Below, piece by piece: positions 50,926 through 61,053 of a DNA stretch of 64,000 nt. The stretch spans positions 76,987 to 140,986 of the forward strand of contig JAALLF010000004.1 of assembly GCA_011087645.1 (NCBI GenBank), read 5' to 3'. Origin of the DNA: Alphaproteobacteria bacterium (lineage in GTDB: Bacteria; Pseudomonadota; Alphaproteobacteria; UBA6615). Under the pieces are notes generated by a model. The model saw nothing but the letters and a program-made list of their open reading frames with translations. It did no database searches and was not told the DNA's origin. Both the position numbers and the translations under genes were made by a program. Within the stretch, counting starts at the first letter, position 1; every line of letters starts with the position of its first letter.

Positions 50926-51354
50926 TCAGTCTTTCATGTCAGAGACGTCGCCATCGGTGTCCGGCACCGCGGTAATAATGACGATTGCTTGCGCAATGGG
51001 CCGCTCATCGGTCAACGATAAGTCGATCATCGGTTTCATGCCCGGCGGGGTAATTTCCGCCAACCGCTGCGCCGCACCGCCGGTCAAGGACAAGGTCGGC
51101 TTGCCAGACGGCAGGTTTATTACCCCCATATCGCGCCAAAATACACCACGCCGAAATCCGGTGCCTAGCGCTTTGGAACAGGCTTCCTTTGCCGCATACC
51201 GCTTGGCATAGCTATCGGCGCGGTTGGCGCGGCGGTCGGATTTGGTGCGTTCGACGTCGGTAAAACAGCGCTGGACAAAGCGGTCGCCAAAACGTTCGAG
51301 CGTCCGCTCGATGCGGGTGATGTCGATGAGGTCACTGCCAATCCCAATAATCAT
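50926..51354 (-). CDS. acpS: Holo-[acyl-carrier-protein] synthase
   Basis: [29 protein letters not shown]. Confidence 0.96.
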   Translation of the reverse strand: MIIGIGSDLIDITRIERTLERFGDRFVQRCFTDVERTKSDRRANRADSYAKRYAAKEACSKALGTGFRRGVFWRDMGVINLPSGKPTLSLTGGAAQRLAEITPPGMKPMIDLSLTDERPIAQAIVIITAVPDTDGDVSDMKD

Positions 51355-52118
51355 GCGCTGGCACTACCCGCGGCGTCCGCCCGCGCCTTATCCATCAGCG
51401 AGCGCATGCGGATGATCGCGCTTTCCAGACCGCCAAAAATTGCCTCGCCGATTAGAAAATGACCGATATTCAATTCGACGATTTCGGCGATCGCCGCGAC
51501 CGGCCCCACGGTGTCGAAGGTCAAGCCGTGCCCGGCATGGATTTCCAGCCCAATTTCCGCACCATATCGCGAGGCTTCTGTAATTCGCGCCAACTCTTGG
51601 TCCGCCAGCCGATCATCGCCAGCGATGACCGCCTCACAATAGGCGCCGGTATGTAATTCGACCGCTGGCGCACCGATAGAGCGCGACGCGTCTAATTGGC
51701 GCGGGTCCGGTTCGATGAACATCGATACGATGACCCGGCTGCTACTGAGCGCCTCCACAAAACGGGTCAAATGGTTATGACCTGCCGCAACGTCCAGTCC
51801 CCCTTCGGTGGTTCGCTCCTCGCGTTTCTCGGGAACGATGCACACGGTTTCCGGGCAATGACGCAGCGCGATATCGAGCATCTCGTCAGTCGCCGCCATC
51901 TCTAAAGTCAGCGGCAAGTCGAGGGCTTCCATCAGGCGGATTAAGTCGTTGTCGCCGATATGACGGCGATCTTCGCGCAGATGCGCCACGATACTGTCAG
52001 CGCCGGCTTGGGCAGCGGCACGCGCGGCGCGAACCGGATCGGGATGGCCGCCACCGCGCGCATTGCGGATCGTCGCGACATGATCGATGTTCACCCCAAG
52101 GCGCAGATCACTACTCAT
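51351..52118 (-). CDS. pdxJ: Pyridoxine 5'-phosphate synthase
   Basis: [49 protein letters not shown]. Confidence 0.96.
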   Translation of the reverse strand: MSSDLRLGVNIDHVATIRNARGGGHPDPVRAARAAAQAGADSIVAHLREDRRHIGDNDLIRLMEALDLPLTLEMAATDEMLDIALRHCPETVCIVPEKREERTTEGGLDVAAGHNHLTRFVEALSSSRVIVSMFIEPDPRQLDASRSIGAPAVELHTGAYCEAVIAGDDRLADQELARITEASRYGAEIGLEIHAGHGLTFDTVGPVAAIAEIVELNIGHFLIGEAIFGGLESAIIRMRSLMDKARADAAGSASA

Positions 52119-52153
52119 GGTAAAATTCCTCAACCACCCACATTGTAAACTGC

Positions 52154-54331
52154 CTAACTACGCGCCCGATCGACCGAACTCACCGACCGGCCGGCGCGCA
52201 AGGCGGTCATAACATCATTGAGATGTTTATTGTTATCGACTTCGATGTCGACGGTCATATCGAAGAAGTCGGGGTTTCGGTTGGTGAATTTAAGATTGGA
52301 GATATTGCCGCCCGCTTGTGCGATCGTATTGGCGAGTTCGCCCAAGCTACCAGGCGCATTTGCCAGGGTGACATTTAACCGGCTGACCTGCTTGGCGGCG
52401 TCTTCATCGTCAACATCCCACGATACGTCGACCCAGCGTTCGGGGCTTTCAGCAAATGCCTCGAGCGTCATGCAGTCGATGGTATGGACGGTAACGCCCT
52501 TGCCGGTCGTTGCCACGCCGACGATGCGGTCGCCAGGAAGCGGATAACAGCACTTCGCCAGATGCACGGCCATGCCGGGGATTAGCCCATTGATCGGCAC
52601 CGAATGCTCGCTCGCCTTGCTGGAATTGCGACGTGAGCGGCGCAACGAAAAAATTGAACCGCTGGCTTGGCGCCCGCCATTGCCCGCCTTGTCGGGAAAC
52701 AAGATGCGCATAACCGCGCGGCCAGTATGGACCCCCTGCCCGACCAGGGCGTAGAGGTCTTCGACCGACTCCGCGTGGAACTCGCTCAGGACACCGGCAA
52801 GTTTATCCTCATCGAGGGCCTCATCATGGCGCAGAAAGGCTTTCTCGATAATGCCGCGCCCCAATTCCGCATATTGCTCCAATTGCTGGTGACGCAAAAC
52901 CCGCCGGATGCGCGCCCGCGCCTTTCCGGTGACCACCAACTGCTCCCAGTTCGGCGAAGGGGTTTGGTTTTCCGACGTTAGGATCTCCACCTGATCGCCG
53001 TTTTGCAATTGGGTGCGCAAGGGCATATCGCGCCCGTTGATCTTCGCACCAACACAATGGTCACCGACTTCGGTATGGACCGCGTAGGCAAAGTCGATCG
53101 GGGTCGCGCCGCGAGGCAGCGCATAGACCTCGCCCTTCGGCGAAAATCCGAACACCTGATCGGAGAACATCTCCAGCTTGGTATGTTCGAGAAAATCCTC
53201 CGGACCCGCCGCGTCATCCAGGATATCCAACAATTCCTGCAGCCACCGATACTGCTTGCCATCGGCGATGCCCGCCGTCGATATCGGCCCGGCGCCGGAA
53301 TCGCTATAGCGCCAATGGGCCGCGACCCCGCGTTCAGCGATATCGTGCATCTTGTCGGTTCGGATTTGGACTTCGATGCGGTGTTTTTCTGGCCCCAGAA
53401 CGCCGGTATGCAAGGACTGATAGCCGTTCGGCTTGGGGTTCGAGAGATAATCGCGAAAGCGGCCCGGCACCACGCGATATTGGCCGTGAATGATACCCAG
53501 GGTGCGATAACAATCCAGCACCTCATCGACCACAATGCGGAAAGCCATGATGTCGGAAAGCTGCTCGAACTCAACCTGCTGCCGCTGCATCTTGCGCCAG
53601 ATCGAATAGGGCGACTTTTCCCGGCCTGAGACCGTCGCCGCAATCCCCTCGTCGGTCATAACCCGGTTTAGTTCAGCAATAATCCGCTCGACCAGATTAC
53701 CACCTTCCTCGCGTAAAAATGTCAGCCGGCGCAGAATGGAGTCCCGCGCGTCGGGGTTCAGTTCGGCGAAAGCCAGGTCTTCCAGCTCGTCCTTGATATC
53801 GTGCATGCCGATCCGCGCGGCGAGCGGCGCGTAGATGTCCATGGTTTCACGAGCAATACGCCGGCGGCGCTCTGGCTTATCGACATGCTGGATCGTGCGC
53901 ATATTGTGCAACCGGTCCGCCAGCTTAACCAGCAGCACCCGAATATCGCGGCTGGTGGCCAACACGAATTTCCTAAAATTCTCCGCCTGCTTGGCCTTGT
54001 TCGACTGCAGTTCCAGACGGGTCAGCTTGGTGACCCCATCGACCAATTGGGCGATTTCATCGCCAAATATTTCGCGGATATCGGATTCCGTCGTCTCGGT
54101 GTCCTCAAGCGTATCGTGCAGCAGCGCGGTCACGATCGAGGCCCCGTCGAGGCGGTAATTGGTCAGAATGTCGGCAACTTCGAGCGGATGAGAGAAATAC
54201 AGCGCGCCGGAATCGCGGGTCTGGCTGCCATGCGCCTGCTTGGAAAAGTCATAGGCGCGATTGAGGATCGCTTCATCGAACTTGGGGTCGTACGCTTTGA
54301 CCCTGTCTACCAGTTCAGCTTGCCCGACCAT
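52154..54331 (-). CDS. spoT: Bifunctional (p)ppGpp synthetase/hydrolase
   Basis: HD motif LLHDTLED, KLADRLHNMRT, GREKSPYS, NGYQSLHT, EVQIRT, TGS and ACT domains; alternative TTG start 54370. Confidence 0.95.
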   Translation of the reverse strand: MVGQAELVDRVKAYDPKFDEAILNRAYDFSKQAHGSQTRDSGALYFSHPLEVADILTNYRLDGASIVTALLHDTLEDTETTESDIREIFGDEIAQLVDGVTKLTRLELQSNKAKQAENFRKFVLATSRDIRVLLVKLADRLHNMRTIQHVDKPERRRRIARETMDIYAPLAARIGMHDIKDELEDLAFAELNPDARDSILRRLTFLREEGGNLVERIIAELNRVMTDEGIAATVSGREKSPYSIWRKMQRQQVEFEQLSDIMAFRIVVDEVLDCYRTLGIIHGQYRVVPGRFRDYLSNPKPNGYQSLHTGVLGPEKHRIEVQIRTDKMHDIAERGVAAHWRYSDSGAGPISTAGIADGKQYRWLQELLDILDDAAGPEDFLEHTKLEMFSDQVFGFSPKGEVYALPRGATPIDFAYAVHTEVGDHCVGAKINGRDMPLRTQLQNGDQVEILTSENQTPSPNWEQLVVTGKARARIRRVLRHQQLEQYAELGRGIIEKAFLRHDEALDEDKLAGVLSEFHAESVEDLYALVGQGVHTGRAVMRILFPDKAGNGGRQASGSIFSLRRSRRNSSKASEHSVPINGLIPGMAVHLAKCCYPLPGDRIVGVATTGKGVTVHTIDCMTLEAFAESPERWVDVSWDVDDEDAAKQVSRLNVTLANAPGSLGELANTIAQAGGNISNLKFTNRNPDFFDMTVDIEVDNNKHLNDVMTALRAGRSVSSVDRARS

Positions 54332-54455
54332 TGTGCGTCTGGTCCTATCTCCGTTCGCGTCCTCAGACAAAAACGCCTGGGCTCACCTTAGCGCGCCCAG
54401 GCTCACAATCCCTCAATTTAACACGACGGTCACCAAAGACGCGACAAATGTGTTG

Positions 54456-54863
54456 TCAGTCCACTTCCTCGGCACCGGCGACATCGTCGAAATGCATCTC
54501 GGGAACGTCCGAGGCACTTTCAATCTGGCTGCTCTCCTCGTCGACCGGTGTGCCTTGATCAACGCCGGCCACATGGGAATCGGATTCGAGCAATTCGACG
54601 ATTTCCTCGCCCTCTTCTTCTTCGGGCAGGTCGAATTCCACATGACGCTGTTGGCTCTGCACCAGCGAATCGCGCAATTCTTCAATTTGAACCGTCTCGT
54701 CGGCGATTTCGCGCAACGCGATGACTGGGTTCTTATCGTTGTCGGGTTCAACCGTCAGGGGCGCCCCGGCCAGAATTTCGCGCGCACGCTGCGCCGAGAG
54801 CATGACCAGCTCGAACCGGTTGGGAACTTTTTCAACGCAATCTTCTACGGTTACCCGCGCCAT
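54456..54863 (-). CDS. rpoZ: RNA polymerase omega subunit
   Basis: MARVTVEDC...NRFELV...QRAR...[11 protein letters not shown]. Confidence 0.96.
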   Translation of the reverse strand: MARVTVEDCVEKVPNRFELVMLSAQRAREILAGAPLTVEPDNDKNPVIALREIADETVQIEELRDSLVQSQQRHVEFDLPEEEEGEEIVELLESDSHVAGVDQGTPVDEESSQIESASDVPEMHFDDVAGAEEVD

Positions 54864-54950
54864 TTAAGGGATCTCCAAGTCAGAATATTGAAATTTTCTC
54901 GTATATAAGGCGAAAACGACTGTCTGCCAACAGGTTATGACGATTTTGGG

Positions 54951-55463
54951 TTAACAATCGGGCTCCGCGCATCGCCGCACGAGGGTGTCATCAAGGACCG
55001 CCGCCAGATCCTGGGCGCTCTTGTCCAATTGCGGATGGCGCCAGAGTGGGTCGATATCGCATATCGGGCGCAATACGAAAGCCCGTTCGGCCAGCCGGGG
55101 ATGGGGTAAAATCGGCGATGCATCGCGCCGAATCAAATCGCCATAGGCGAGCAAATCCAGATCGATTTCGCGCGCGGCGTTGGTGACCGTACGCTGGCGG
55201 CCGAACTCAAGCTCGATGTGGTGCAACAACCCCAAAAGGTCTTCCGGCGACAAGCCAGTCTCGACGGCGGCGACGCCGTTCACATAGTCCGGCTGGTCGG
55301 ACGCCGGAACCGCGGCCGAACGATACCAACGCGACAGCTTTACCAGGCGAACACTGCGGTTTTCCAGCGCGTCTAACGCGGCTTGCAGTGTTTGTTTTGG
55401 CGGACCGAACCGCTTACTCGGTAGGTTAGCGCCCAGACCGATCAGGATCATATTTTGGCTCAT
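54951..55463 (-). CDS. folK: 2-amino-4-hydroxy-6-hydroxymethyldihydropteridine pyrophosphokinase
   Basis: GLGANL, QPDYVN, REIDLDLL, PHPRLAERAFVL.P. Confidence 0.95.
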   Translation of the reverse strand: MSQNMILIGLGANLPSKRFGPPKQTLQAALDALENRSVRLVKLSRWYRSAAVPASDQPDYVNGVAAVETGLSPEDLLGLLHHIELEFGRQRTVTNAAREIDLDLLAYGDLIRRDASPILPHPRLAERAFVLRPICDIDPLWRHPQLDKSAQDLAAVLDDTLVRRCAEPDC

Positions 55464-55618
55464 GACGCCCCATGGTCTATTCCAATAAGTAAGGCAATAG
55501 ACAACAACCGGCGGGCGCGCTAATTATTTATGGATTTAGTCGTATCACGACACCTTACCGCGACCCTGATATTAGCACTCTTATTTCAGAAATATTATTA
55601 AGTAAGGATGATAACCCT

Positions 55619-56251
55619 ATGTTTTCTAATAATAAACGGATTGCCGTCTTCATCGACGGCGCCAATCTTTACGCCACGGCGAAGGCGCTCGATTTCGATA
55701 TCGATTACAAAAAACTACTCTCGATGTTCAAATCCAAAGCGATCTTGGTGCGCGCCTACTACTACACAGTTCTGATCGAGGACCAGGAATATTCGCCGAT
55801 CCGGCCGTTGGTCGATTGGCTCGATTACAACGGCTATACGCTGATTACCAAACCAGCGAAGGAATCTACCGATTCCACAGGCCGCCGGCGCATTCGCAAT
55901 TCGATCGACGTGGAACTCGCCGTCGACGTTATGGAGATTGCCGGCAAGGTGGACCATATCGTCCTAATGAGCGGCGACGGCGGCTATCGTCGCTTGATCG
56001 AAGCTGCCCAACGTCTGGGAACCCAGGTCACCGTCATCAGCACGGTGTCGGTGAGCCCGCCCCTAGCGGCCGATGAAATACGGCGTCAAGCCGACAATTT
56101 TGTCGATCTGGCTAGTCTGCGCGGCGAAATTTCGCGGCAACACAGTAGCGCCCGCCCGGCGCAAAACGACGATAATTACGACGACGAAGACGATTATGAC
56201 GATGACTATGATGACGAGTATGACGACGACGAAGCGGCTGAGACGGCCTGA
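55619..56251 (+). CDS. NYN/LabA (DUF88) domain protein with acidic tail
   Basis: FIDGANL, IDYKKL, RPLVDWLDYNGY, DVELAVD, SGDG, LRRQAD-like IRRQAD; conserved position divergent from folK-rpoZ. Confidence 0.9.
   Translation: MFSNNKRIAVFIDGANLYATAKALDFDIDYKKLLSMFKSKAILVRAYYYTVLIEDQEYSPIRPLVDWLDYNGYTLITKPAKESTDSTGRRRIRNSIDVELAVDVMEIAGKVDHIVLMSGDGGYRRLIEAAQRLGTQVTVISTVSVSPPLAADEIRRQADNFVDLASLRGEISRQHSSARPAQNDDNYDDEDDYDDDYDDEYDDDEAAETA
56168..56233 (+). repeat. Low-complexity coding repeat (TAY-GAY-GAY-GAN)n encoding DDNYDDEDDYDDDYDDEYDDDE
   Basis: Imperfect ~12-nt periodic repeat at the 3' end of the NYN gene. Confidence 0.7.
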
Positions 56252-56253
56252 CG

Positions 56254-56904
56254 GTGGCGCATCAGCCCGAACATGATTGCGCCTTGTGCCCGCGTCTGGT
56301 CGAGTTTCGCGCTCAAAATCAGGCGAAATTTCCTGAATTTCACAACGGTCCGGTCGAAAGCTTTGGCGATCTCGACGCCCCACTATTGATCGTCGGCCTG
56401 GCGCCGGGCCTTAAAGGCGCCAACCAAACCGGCCGGCCGTTCACCGGTGACTATGCCGGTGATCTGCTCTACGCGACCTTGCTGAAATTTGGCTTCGCCG
56501 AGGGCCGGTATGGCGCCCACCCGGAAGATGGATTGTGCCTTGTCGGCTGCCGGGTGACCAATGCGGTACGCTGCGTGCCGCCGGAAAACAAACCGGTCGG
56601 CGCCGAAGTCGCCGCGTGCCGGCCTTTTCTGCAAAACGAGATCGCCGCGATGGCCAATCTGCGCGTCGTCGTGGCGCTTGGCGGCCTCGCCCATAACGCG
56701 TTTTTGGCGACATTGGGGGCTCGCAAGGCCGCCTATCCTTTCGGCCATTGCGCGGTTCATGAGGTATCGGCTGGCGACAGGGCTCTAACGCTCACCGACA
56801 GCTACCACTGCTCGCGCTACAACACCAACACAGGCCGGTTGACGACCGAGATGTTCGAAACCGTCTTTCGAACGGTCAGTACCCAGTTGGCGGATCTGGC
56901 TTAA
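56254..56904 (+). CDS. Uracil-DNA glycosylase family 5 (UdgB-like, Fe-S)
   Basis: CALCPRL, GLAPGLKGANQTGRPFTGD, VRCVPPENKP, YHCSRYNTNTGRLT. Confidence 0.92.
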   Translation: MAHQPEHDCALCPRLVEFRAQNQAKFPEFHNGPVESFGDLDAPLLIVGLAPGLKGANQTGRPFTGDYAGDLLYATLLKFGFAEGRYGAHPEDGLCLVGCRVTNAVRCVPPENKPVGAEVAACRPFLQNEIAAMANLRVVVALGGLAHNAFLATLGARKAAYPFGHCAVHEVSAGDRALTLTDSYHCSRYNTNTGRLTTEMFETVFRTVSTQLADLA

Positions 56905-57881
56905 GCCGGGATCACTTCCTGATCAATGGCGCCGAAAACCGACTGATTGTTGGCGTCGAACATTTCGATGGTCGTCCGGTCGCCATACTGCATGAACGAG
57001 GTTTTCTGTTTCCCCTCGTCGATCTGCTGAACGATCCGAAGCTCGGCCAGACAGGCAACGCCCGTACCGGGGTCACGGTTCGAGATCGCCCCCGAACCAA
57101 TCAGCGTGCCGGCGCAAAGCGGCCGAGTCATCGCGGCATGGGAAATCAATTGGGTGAAATCAAAATCCATATCAACACCGCAGTTGGGCATGCCGATCGG
57201 CGCTTGGTTGAGCTTGACCAGCATATCCAGATGAACCTTTCGGCCGTCCCAGGCGGAACCTAGTTCATCGGGCGTCACCGCGACGGGCGACAGCGACGAA
57301 CGCGGTTTGCCATGAAAATAGCCGAGGCCCGAATTAAGCTCCTCGGGAATAAGCGTGCGCAGGCTGACATCGTTGATCAAGACGAACAGCTTGATGTATT
57401 GCGCCGCCGCATCGGATGATACGCCCATGGGCACGTCATCGACGATCACGCCGACTTCGGCTTCCATGTCGATACCTAATTCCGGGTCCGCCACCGGGAT
57501 AGCGCCGGTCGGCCGCAGAAAACCGTCACTGACCGCCTGATACATCAGCGGATCTTCGCGCAGCTTGGGTGTCAATTGGGCGCCTCGGGCCTTACGAAAG
57601 AGCTCGACATGGTTGAGATAGGCGCTGCCGTCGATAAATTGATAGGTCCGCGGCAGCGGCGATTCCAGCGCTTCGGGGTCGTAATCGCGAATGCCATCGG
57701 CCGTGCCGGCATTAACCGCGTCGAACAGTTGTTCCAGGCGCGGCACCGCATCGTTCCATTTTTCGAGCGCGATCTGCAGTGTACGCGCCACCGCCGAAGC
57801 TGGCGCCATCTTGCTCAAATCGTGCGAAACGACGGCAAGGGTACCGTCTCGGCTGCCGTCCTTTAGAGTCGCCAGTTTCAT
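56901..57881 (-). CDS. Fumarylacetoacetate hydrolase family protein
   Basis: MKLATLKDGSRDG, PLPRTYQFIDGSAY, DMEAEV, NDVSLR, GSG, FGAIDQ. Confidence 0.88.
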   Translation of the reverse strand: MKLATLKDGSRDGTLAVVSHDLSKMAPASAVARTLQIALEKWNDAVPRLEQLFDAVNAGTADGIRDYDPEALESPLPRTYQFIDGSAYLNHVELFRKARGAQLTPKLREDPLMYQAVSDGFLRPTGAIPVADPELGIDMEAEVGVIVDDVPMGVSSDAAAQYIKLFVLINDVSLRTLIPEELNSGLGYFHGKPRSSLSPVAVTPDELGSAWDGRKVHLDMLVKLNQAPIGMPNCGVDMDFDFTQLISHAAMTRPLCAGTLIGSGAISNRDPGTGVACLAELRIVQQIDEGKQKTSFMQYGDRTTIEMFDANNQSVFGAIDQEVIPA

Positions 57882-57971
57882 AAAAATTCCTAACCTACTG
57901 TAAATAAGCTATTTTTTACGTGCGCTGGCACTCTTAAGATGTATGCCTGTAGGTAACCTACTCACAAATAG

Positions 57972-59075
57972 TTAGTCGGGGTTTAACACGCCGCGACGAA
58001 TTTGGTCCTCCTCGATGGCCTCGAAAAGAGCCCGGAAATTGCCTTCGCCGAAGCCGTCATTGCCCTCACGCTTGATGAGTTCGAAGAAAATTGGGCCGAT
58101 CACCGTGTCGGTGAATATTTGCAACAACAGCCCCTGGCCCTCGGTGGGCGCCCCATCGACCAAAATCCGGCTGCGACGCAAACGCTCGACATCCTGGCCA
58201 TGCCCCGGAAGACGCTCATCCAGCTTATCGTAATAGGTGTCGGGCGTGTCGAGAAAGGACACCCCGCGTTCGGCCAGAGTTTCGACAGTGGCGAAAATAT
58301 CATCGGTGCCCAGGGCGATGTGCTGAATACCTTCGCCGTGATACTCGTTCAAGAATTCCGCAATCTGGCTTTTGTCGTCCGATGATTCATTGATCGGGAT
58401 GCGAATTTTGCCATCGGGACTTGTCATGGCCCGGGACACCAGACCGGTCATCTTGCCTTCAATATCGAAATAGCGAATTTCGCGGAAGTTGAAGATACCC
58501 TCATAAAAGCCCGACCACATGTCCATATTGCCCTGATACACATTGTGGGTCAGATGATCGATATAGGTCAGACCGACATCGCGGGTATCGGTGTCGGCTC
58601 CCTTGATCGGCACAAAATCAACATCGTAGATCGAACCTTTATCGCCATAACGATCCACCAAATAGAGCCGGCTATGTCCAATGCCTTGGATGGCGGGAAT
58701 ATTGAGCTCCATCGGCCCCACATGATTGGGGACCGCGGTCGCGCCACGCTCGAGCGCGAGTTCATAAGCGCGGGCCGCATCGTCGACACGAAAGGCCATG
58801 GCGCAGGCGCTGGGTCCATGCTGCTTGGCGAAATTCGCCGCAAAACTGCCGGGTTCGTTATTGAGGATAAAATTGACGGTCCCTTGCCGATAGAGAACAA
58901 CATCCTTTGAACGGTGGCGGGCCACCGCCGTGAAGCCCATCAATTCGAAGACCGCGCCGAGCTTTTCCGGTTCTGTCGAACAATATTCGACAAATTCAAA
59001 ACCGTCGGTTCCCAGCGGGTTCTCCCAGATGTCCTGGCCGCTCTCGGGCTGATCCGTGTCGCGTTTTTTTGCCAT
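57972..59075 (-). CDS. hppD: 4-hydroxyphenylpyruvate dioxygenase
   Basis: NPLGTDGFEFVE, IDHLTHNV, IPINE, GEGIQHIA, LLQIFT, FFELI.R, GFGEGNFRALF; start placed at ATG 59075. Confidence 0.96.
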   Translation of the reverse strand: MAKKRDTDQPESGQDIWENPLGTDGFEFVEYCSTEPEKLGAVFELMGFTAVARHRSKDVVLYRQGTVNFILNNEPGSFAANFAKQHGPSACAMAFRVDDAARAYELALERGATAVPNHVGPMELNIPAIQGIGHSRLYLVDRYGDKGSIYDVDFVPIKGADTDTRDVGLTYIDHLTHNVYQGNMDMWSGFYEGIFNFREIRYFDIEGKMTGLVSRAMTSPDGKIRIPINESSDDKSQIAEFLNEYHGEGIQHIALGTDDIFATVETLAERGVSFLDTPDTYYDKLDERLPGHGQDVERLRRSRILVDGAPTEGQGLLLQIFTDTVIGPIFFELIKREGNDGFGEGNFRALFEAIEEDQIRRGVLNPD

Positions 59076-59125
59076 CGAGGTCTCCATCGTTGTCCGGTTG
59101 ACCTGCCGCCGTGCTGGCTTTAATT

Positions 59126-59145
59126 TTAGTTTCATATGAAACTAA
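59126..59145. promoter_or_regulatory. Perfect 20-bp palindrome, candidate MarR operator
   Basis: TTAGTTTCATATGAAACTAA equals its own reverse complement; lies in the hppD/marR divergent gap. Confidence 0.7.
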
Positions 59146-59159
59146 TTCAAGGGCGTTTA

Positions 59160-59651
59160 ATGAACGCTAAAAATAACAAGTCCAAAGGATCCCGTTCACA
59201 ATTGATGCTTGAGCAGTTTTTGCCCTACCGGCTATCGATACTGTCGAACACGGTGAGCGACACAATTGCTCGCGAATATCGCGATTTATTCGGCTTGAGC
59301 GTGCCCGAATGGCGGGTCATGGCAGTATTGGGCCGCTTCGGCCCGCTCACCGCCAGCGAGGCTTGCGAGCGAACGGCGATGGACAAAGTCACGGTTAGCC
59401 GCGCGGCCGCCCGTTTGATCGACCGAACGATGATCAAACGCGAATCCGATCCGCAGGATAGACGCCGCTCGATCCTAAAACTGACGTCGCGGGGAACTCG
59501 CACCCATCAACAAATCGTTCCTATTGCCCAAGACCGTGAATCTGAGCTTGCCGCCGTACTCACAAAGAGCGAACGTCGAGACCTTGATATACTTCTGGCA
59601 AAACTTCAGCGGCGCGCTACCGAGATCGCCGATCAGGAAAGGACAGCGTGA
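59160..59651 (+). CDS. MarR-family regulator divergent from hppD
   Basis: LEQFLPYRLS, GLSVPEWRVMAVL, MDKVTVSRA, DRRRSILKLT. Confidence 0.9.
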   Translation: MNAKNNKSKGSRSQLMLEQFLPYRLSILSNTVSDTIAREYRDLFGLSVPEWRVMAVLGRFGPLTASEACERTAMDKVTVSRAAARLIDRTMIKRESDPQDRRRSILKLTSRGTRTHQQIVPIAQDRESELAAVLTKSERRDLDILLAKLQRRATEIADQERTA

Positions 59652-59652
59652 C

Positions 59653-60513
59653 ATGTCACGCCTTAAACCCGATGGCCTCAACGCCAAACAAATAGAATTC
59701 TGGAACGGTCCGGCCGGCGATAGCTGGACCGAGTTCATGGACAGCCAGGACCGCATGCTCGGGCCCCTCGGCGAAGCGGCGATGGCGGCGGCCAATCTAG
59801 CGAGCGGCCATCGCGTCATCGACATCGGCTGCGGTTGCGGCACGACAACCCTCGAACTGGCGCAGCGCGTGGGCCCGTCGGGCCATGTGCTCGGCGTCGA
59901 TATTTCCACGCCCATGCTGGACCGCGCCGGCCAACGTGCGTCACTCGAAAAGAATAGCTCGATCGAGTTTCAGAACAGCGACGCCGCAACCCATCGTTTC
60001 GCGCCGCAATCGTTCGACCGGGTGTTTTCACGCTTCGGCGTGATGTTCTTTGCCGATCCGGTAGCGGCATTCGCCAATATACGAACCGCACTCAAACCCG
60101 CAGGCCGTTTAGCGTTCGTGTGCTGGCAGCCGCTTGATCTAAACCCTTGGATGGCCACCACCCTGTCCGTGGCGGCGCAATATCTCGAACGACCTGAACC
60201 GCCGGGGCCCAACGACCCGGGCCCCTTCGCCTTTCGTGAACCAGACCGGGTAACGGCGATATTGACTGAGGCCGGTTTCTCCAATGTCACCCTGACGCCA
60301 AACCCGCAGGCCTTGGCTTTCGAAGCAGATATCGCCGGCACAGTGAACAAACTCGTCCAGCTCGGCCCCATGGCGCAGCCGATTGCCCAGGCGCCGGAGG
60401 ATGTTCAAGATCAAATACGCGCCGACGTGGCATCGTCGATCGCAGATTATTTGACCGGTGACGGCGTGAAAATCGACAGTGCTAGCTGGATTGTAAGCGC
60501 CGACAACCCCTGA
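59653..60513 (+). CDS. Class I SAM-dependent methyltransferase
   Basis: VIDIGCGCG, GVDIS..ML, SRFGVMFF.DP, LKPAGRL; AGGA RBS before ATG 59653. Confidence 0.9.
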   Translation: MSRLKPDGLNAKQIEFWNGPAGDSWTEFMDSQDRMLGPLGEAAMAAANLASGHRVIDIGCGCGTTTLELAQRVGPSGHVLGVDISTPMLDRAGQRASLEKNSSIEFQNSDAATHRFAPQSFDRVFSRFGVMFFADPVAAFANIRTALKPAGRLAFVCWQPLDLNPWMATTLSVAAQYLERPEPPGPNDPGPFAFREPDRVTAILTEAGFSNVTLTPNPQALAFEADIAGTVNKLVQLGPMAQPIAQAPEDVQDQIRADVASSIADYLTGDGVKIDSASWIVSADNP

Positions 60514-60594
60514 TCCGGAGGGCCGGTATCGTTGCGGTGACTCCCGTCTCTGTGATAATCGCGGGGCGATATTCACTAACCTAGGTCCGGACGC

Positions 60595-61047
60595 GTGGCA
60601 GAAAGCCCGACGGTGTGGGTCCTCAATGGACCAAACTTAAATCTTTTAGGGGAACGCGAGCCCGACACCTATGGGGGCGAGACCCTGGCGGACATCGAGA
60701 AACGCTGTGCCAAGGCCGTTAAACAGGCGGGATTGGCCCTGGAATTCCGTCAGACCAATCATGAAGGTGAGTTAGTCGCTTGGATCCAAGAAGCCCGAGA
60801 CAGCGCGGCCGGTCTAGCGATAAATGCCGGCGCCTACACCCATACTTCGGTTGCCCTGCACGATGCGCTGCGCCTTCTGACCATCCCCATCGTCGAAGTG
60901 CACCTTTCCAATATTTTTGCCCGTGAAGAGTTCCGCCATCATTCTTACGTCAGCGGTGCGGCGACCGGCGTCATATGCGGCTTTGGCGGCGATAGCTACC
61001 TGTTGGCGCTGCAGGCGCTCAGCGGCAAAATTTCCGAGCAAAGTTGA
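60595..61047 (+). CDS. aroQ: Type II 3-dehydroquinate dehydratase
   Basis: [38 protein letters not shown]. Confidence 0.96.
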   Translation: MAESPTVWVLNGPNLNLLGEREPDTYGGETLADIEKRCAKAVKQAGLALEFRQTNHEGELVAWIQEARDSAAGLAINAGAYTHTSVALHDALRLLTIPIVEVHLSNIFAREEFRHHSYVSGAATGVICGFGGDSYLLALQALSGKISEQS

Positions 61048-61053
61048 AGCCCC

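Noticed and set aside
56168-56233. Periodic repeat considered as a CRISPR or VNTR
   Set aside because: It is in-frame coding low complexity with degenerate third positions, with no spacers and no cas genes.
57891-57962. TAACCTACT direct repeat and GTAGG-taa-CCTAC dyad between hppD and the FAH gene
   Set aside because: Short, AT-rich context and unlike the 20-bp operator; cannot be distinguished from chance.
59133-59138. Back-to-back CAT/ATG starts used by the ORF track for hppD (59135) and MarR (59136)
   Set aside because: These are the centre of the palindromic operator. Neither has room for an RBS, and downstream ATGs (59075, 59160) fit better.
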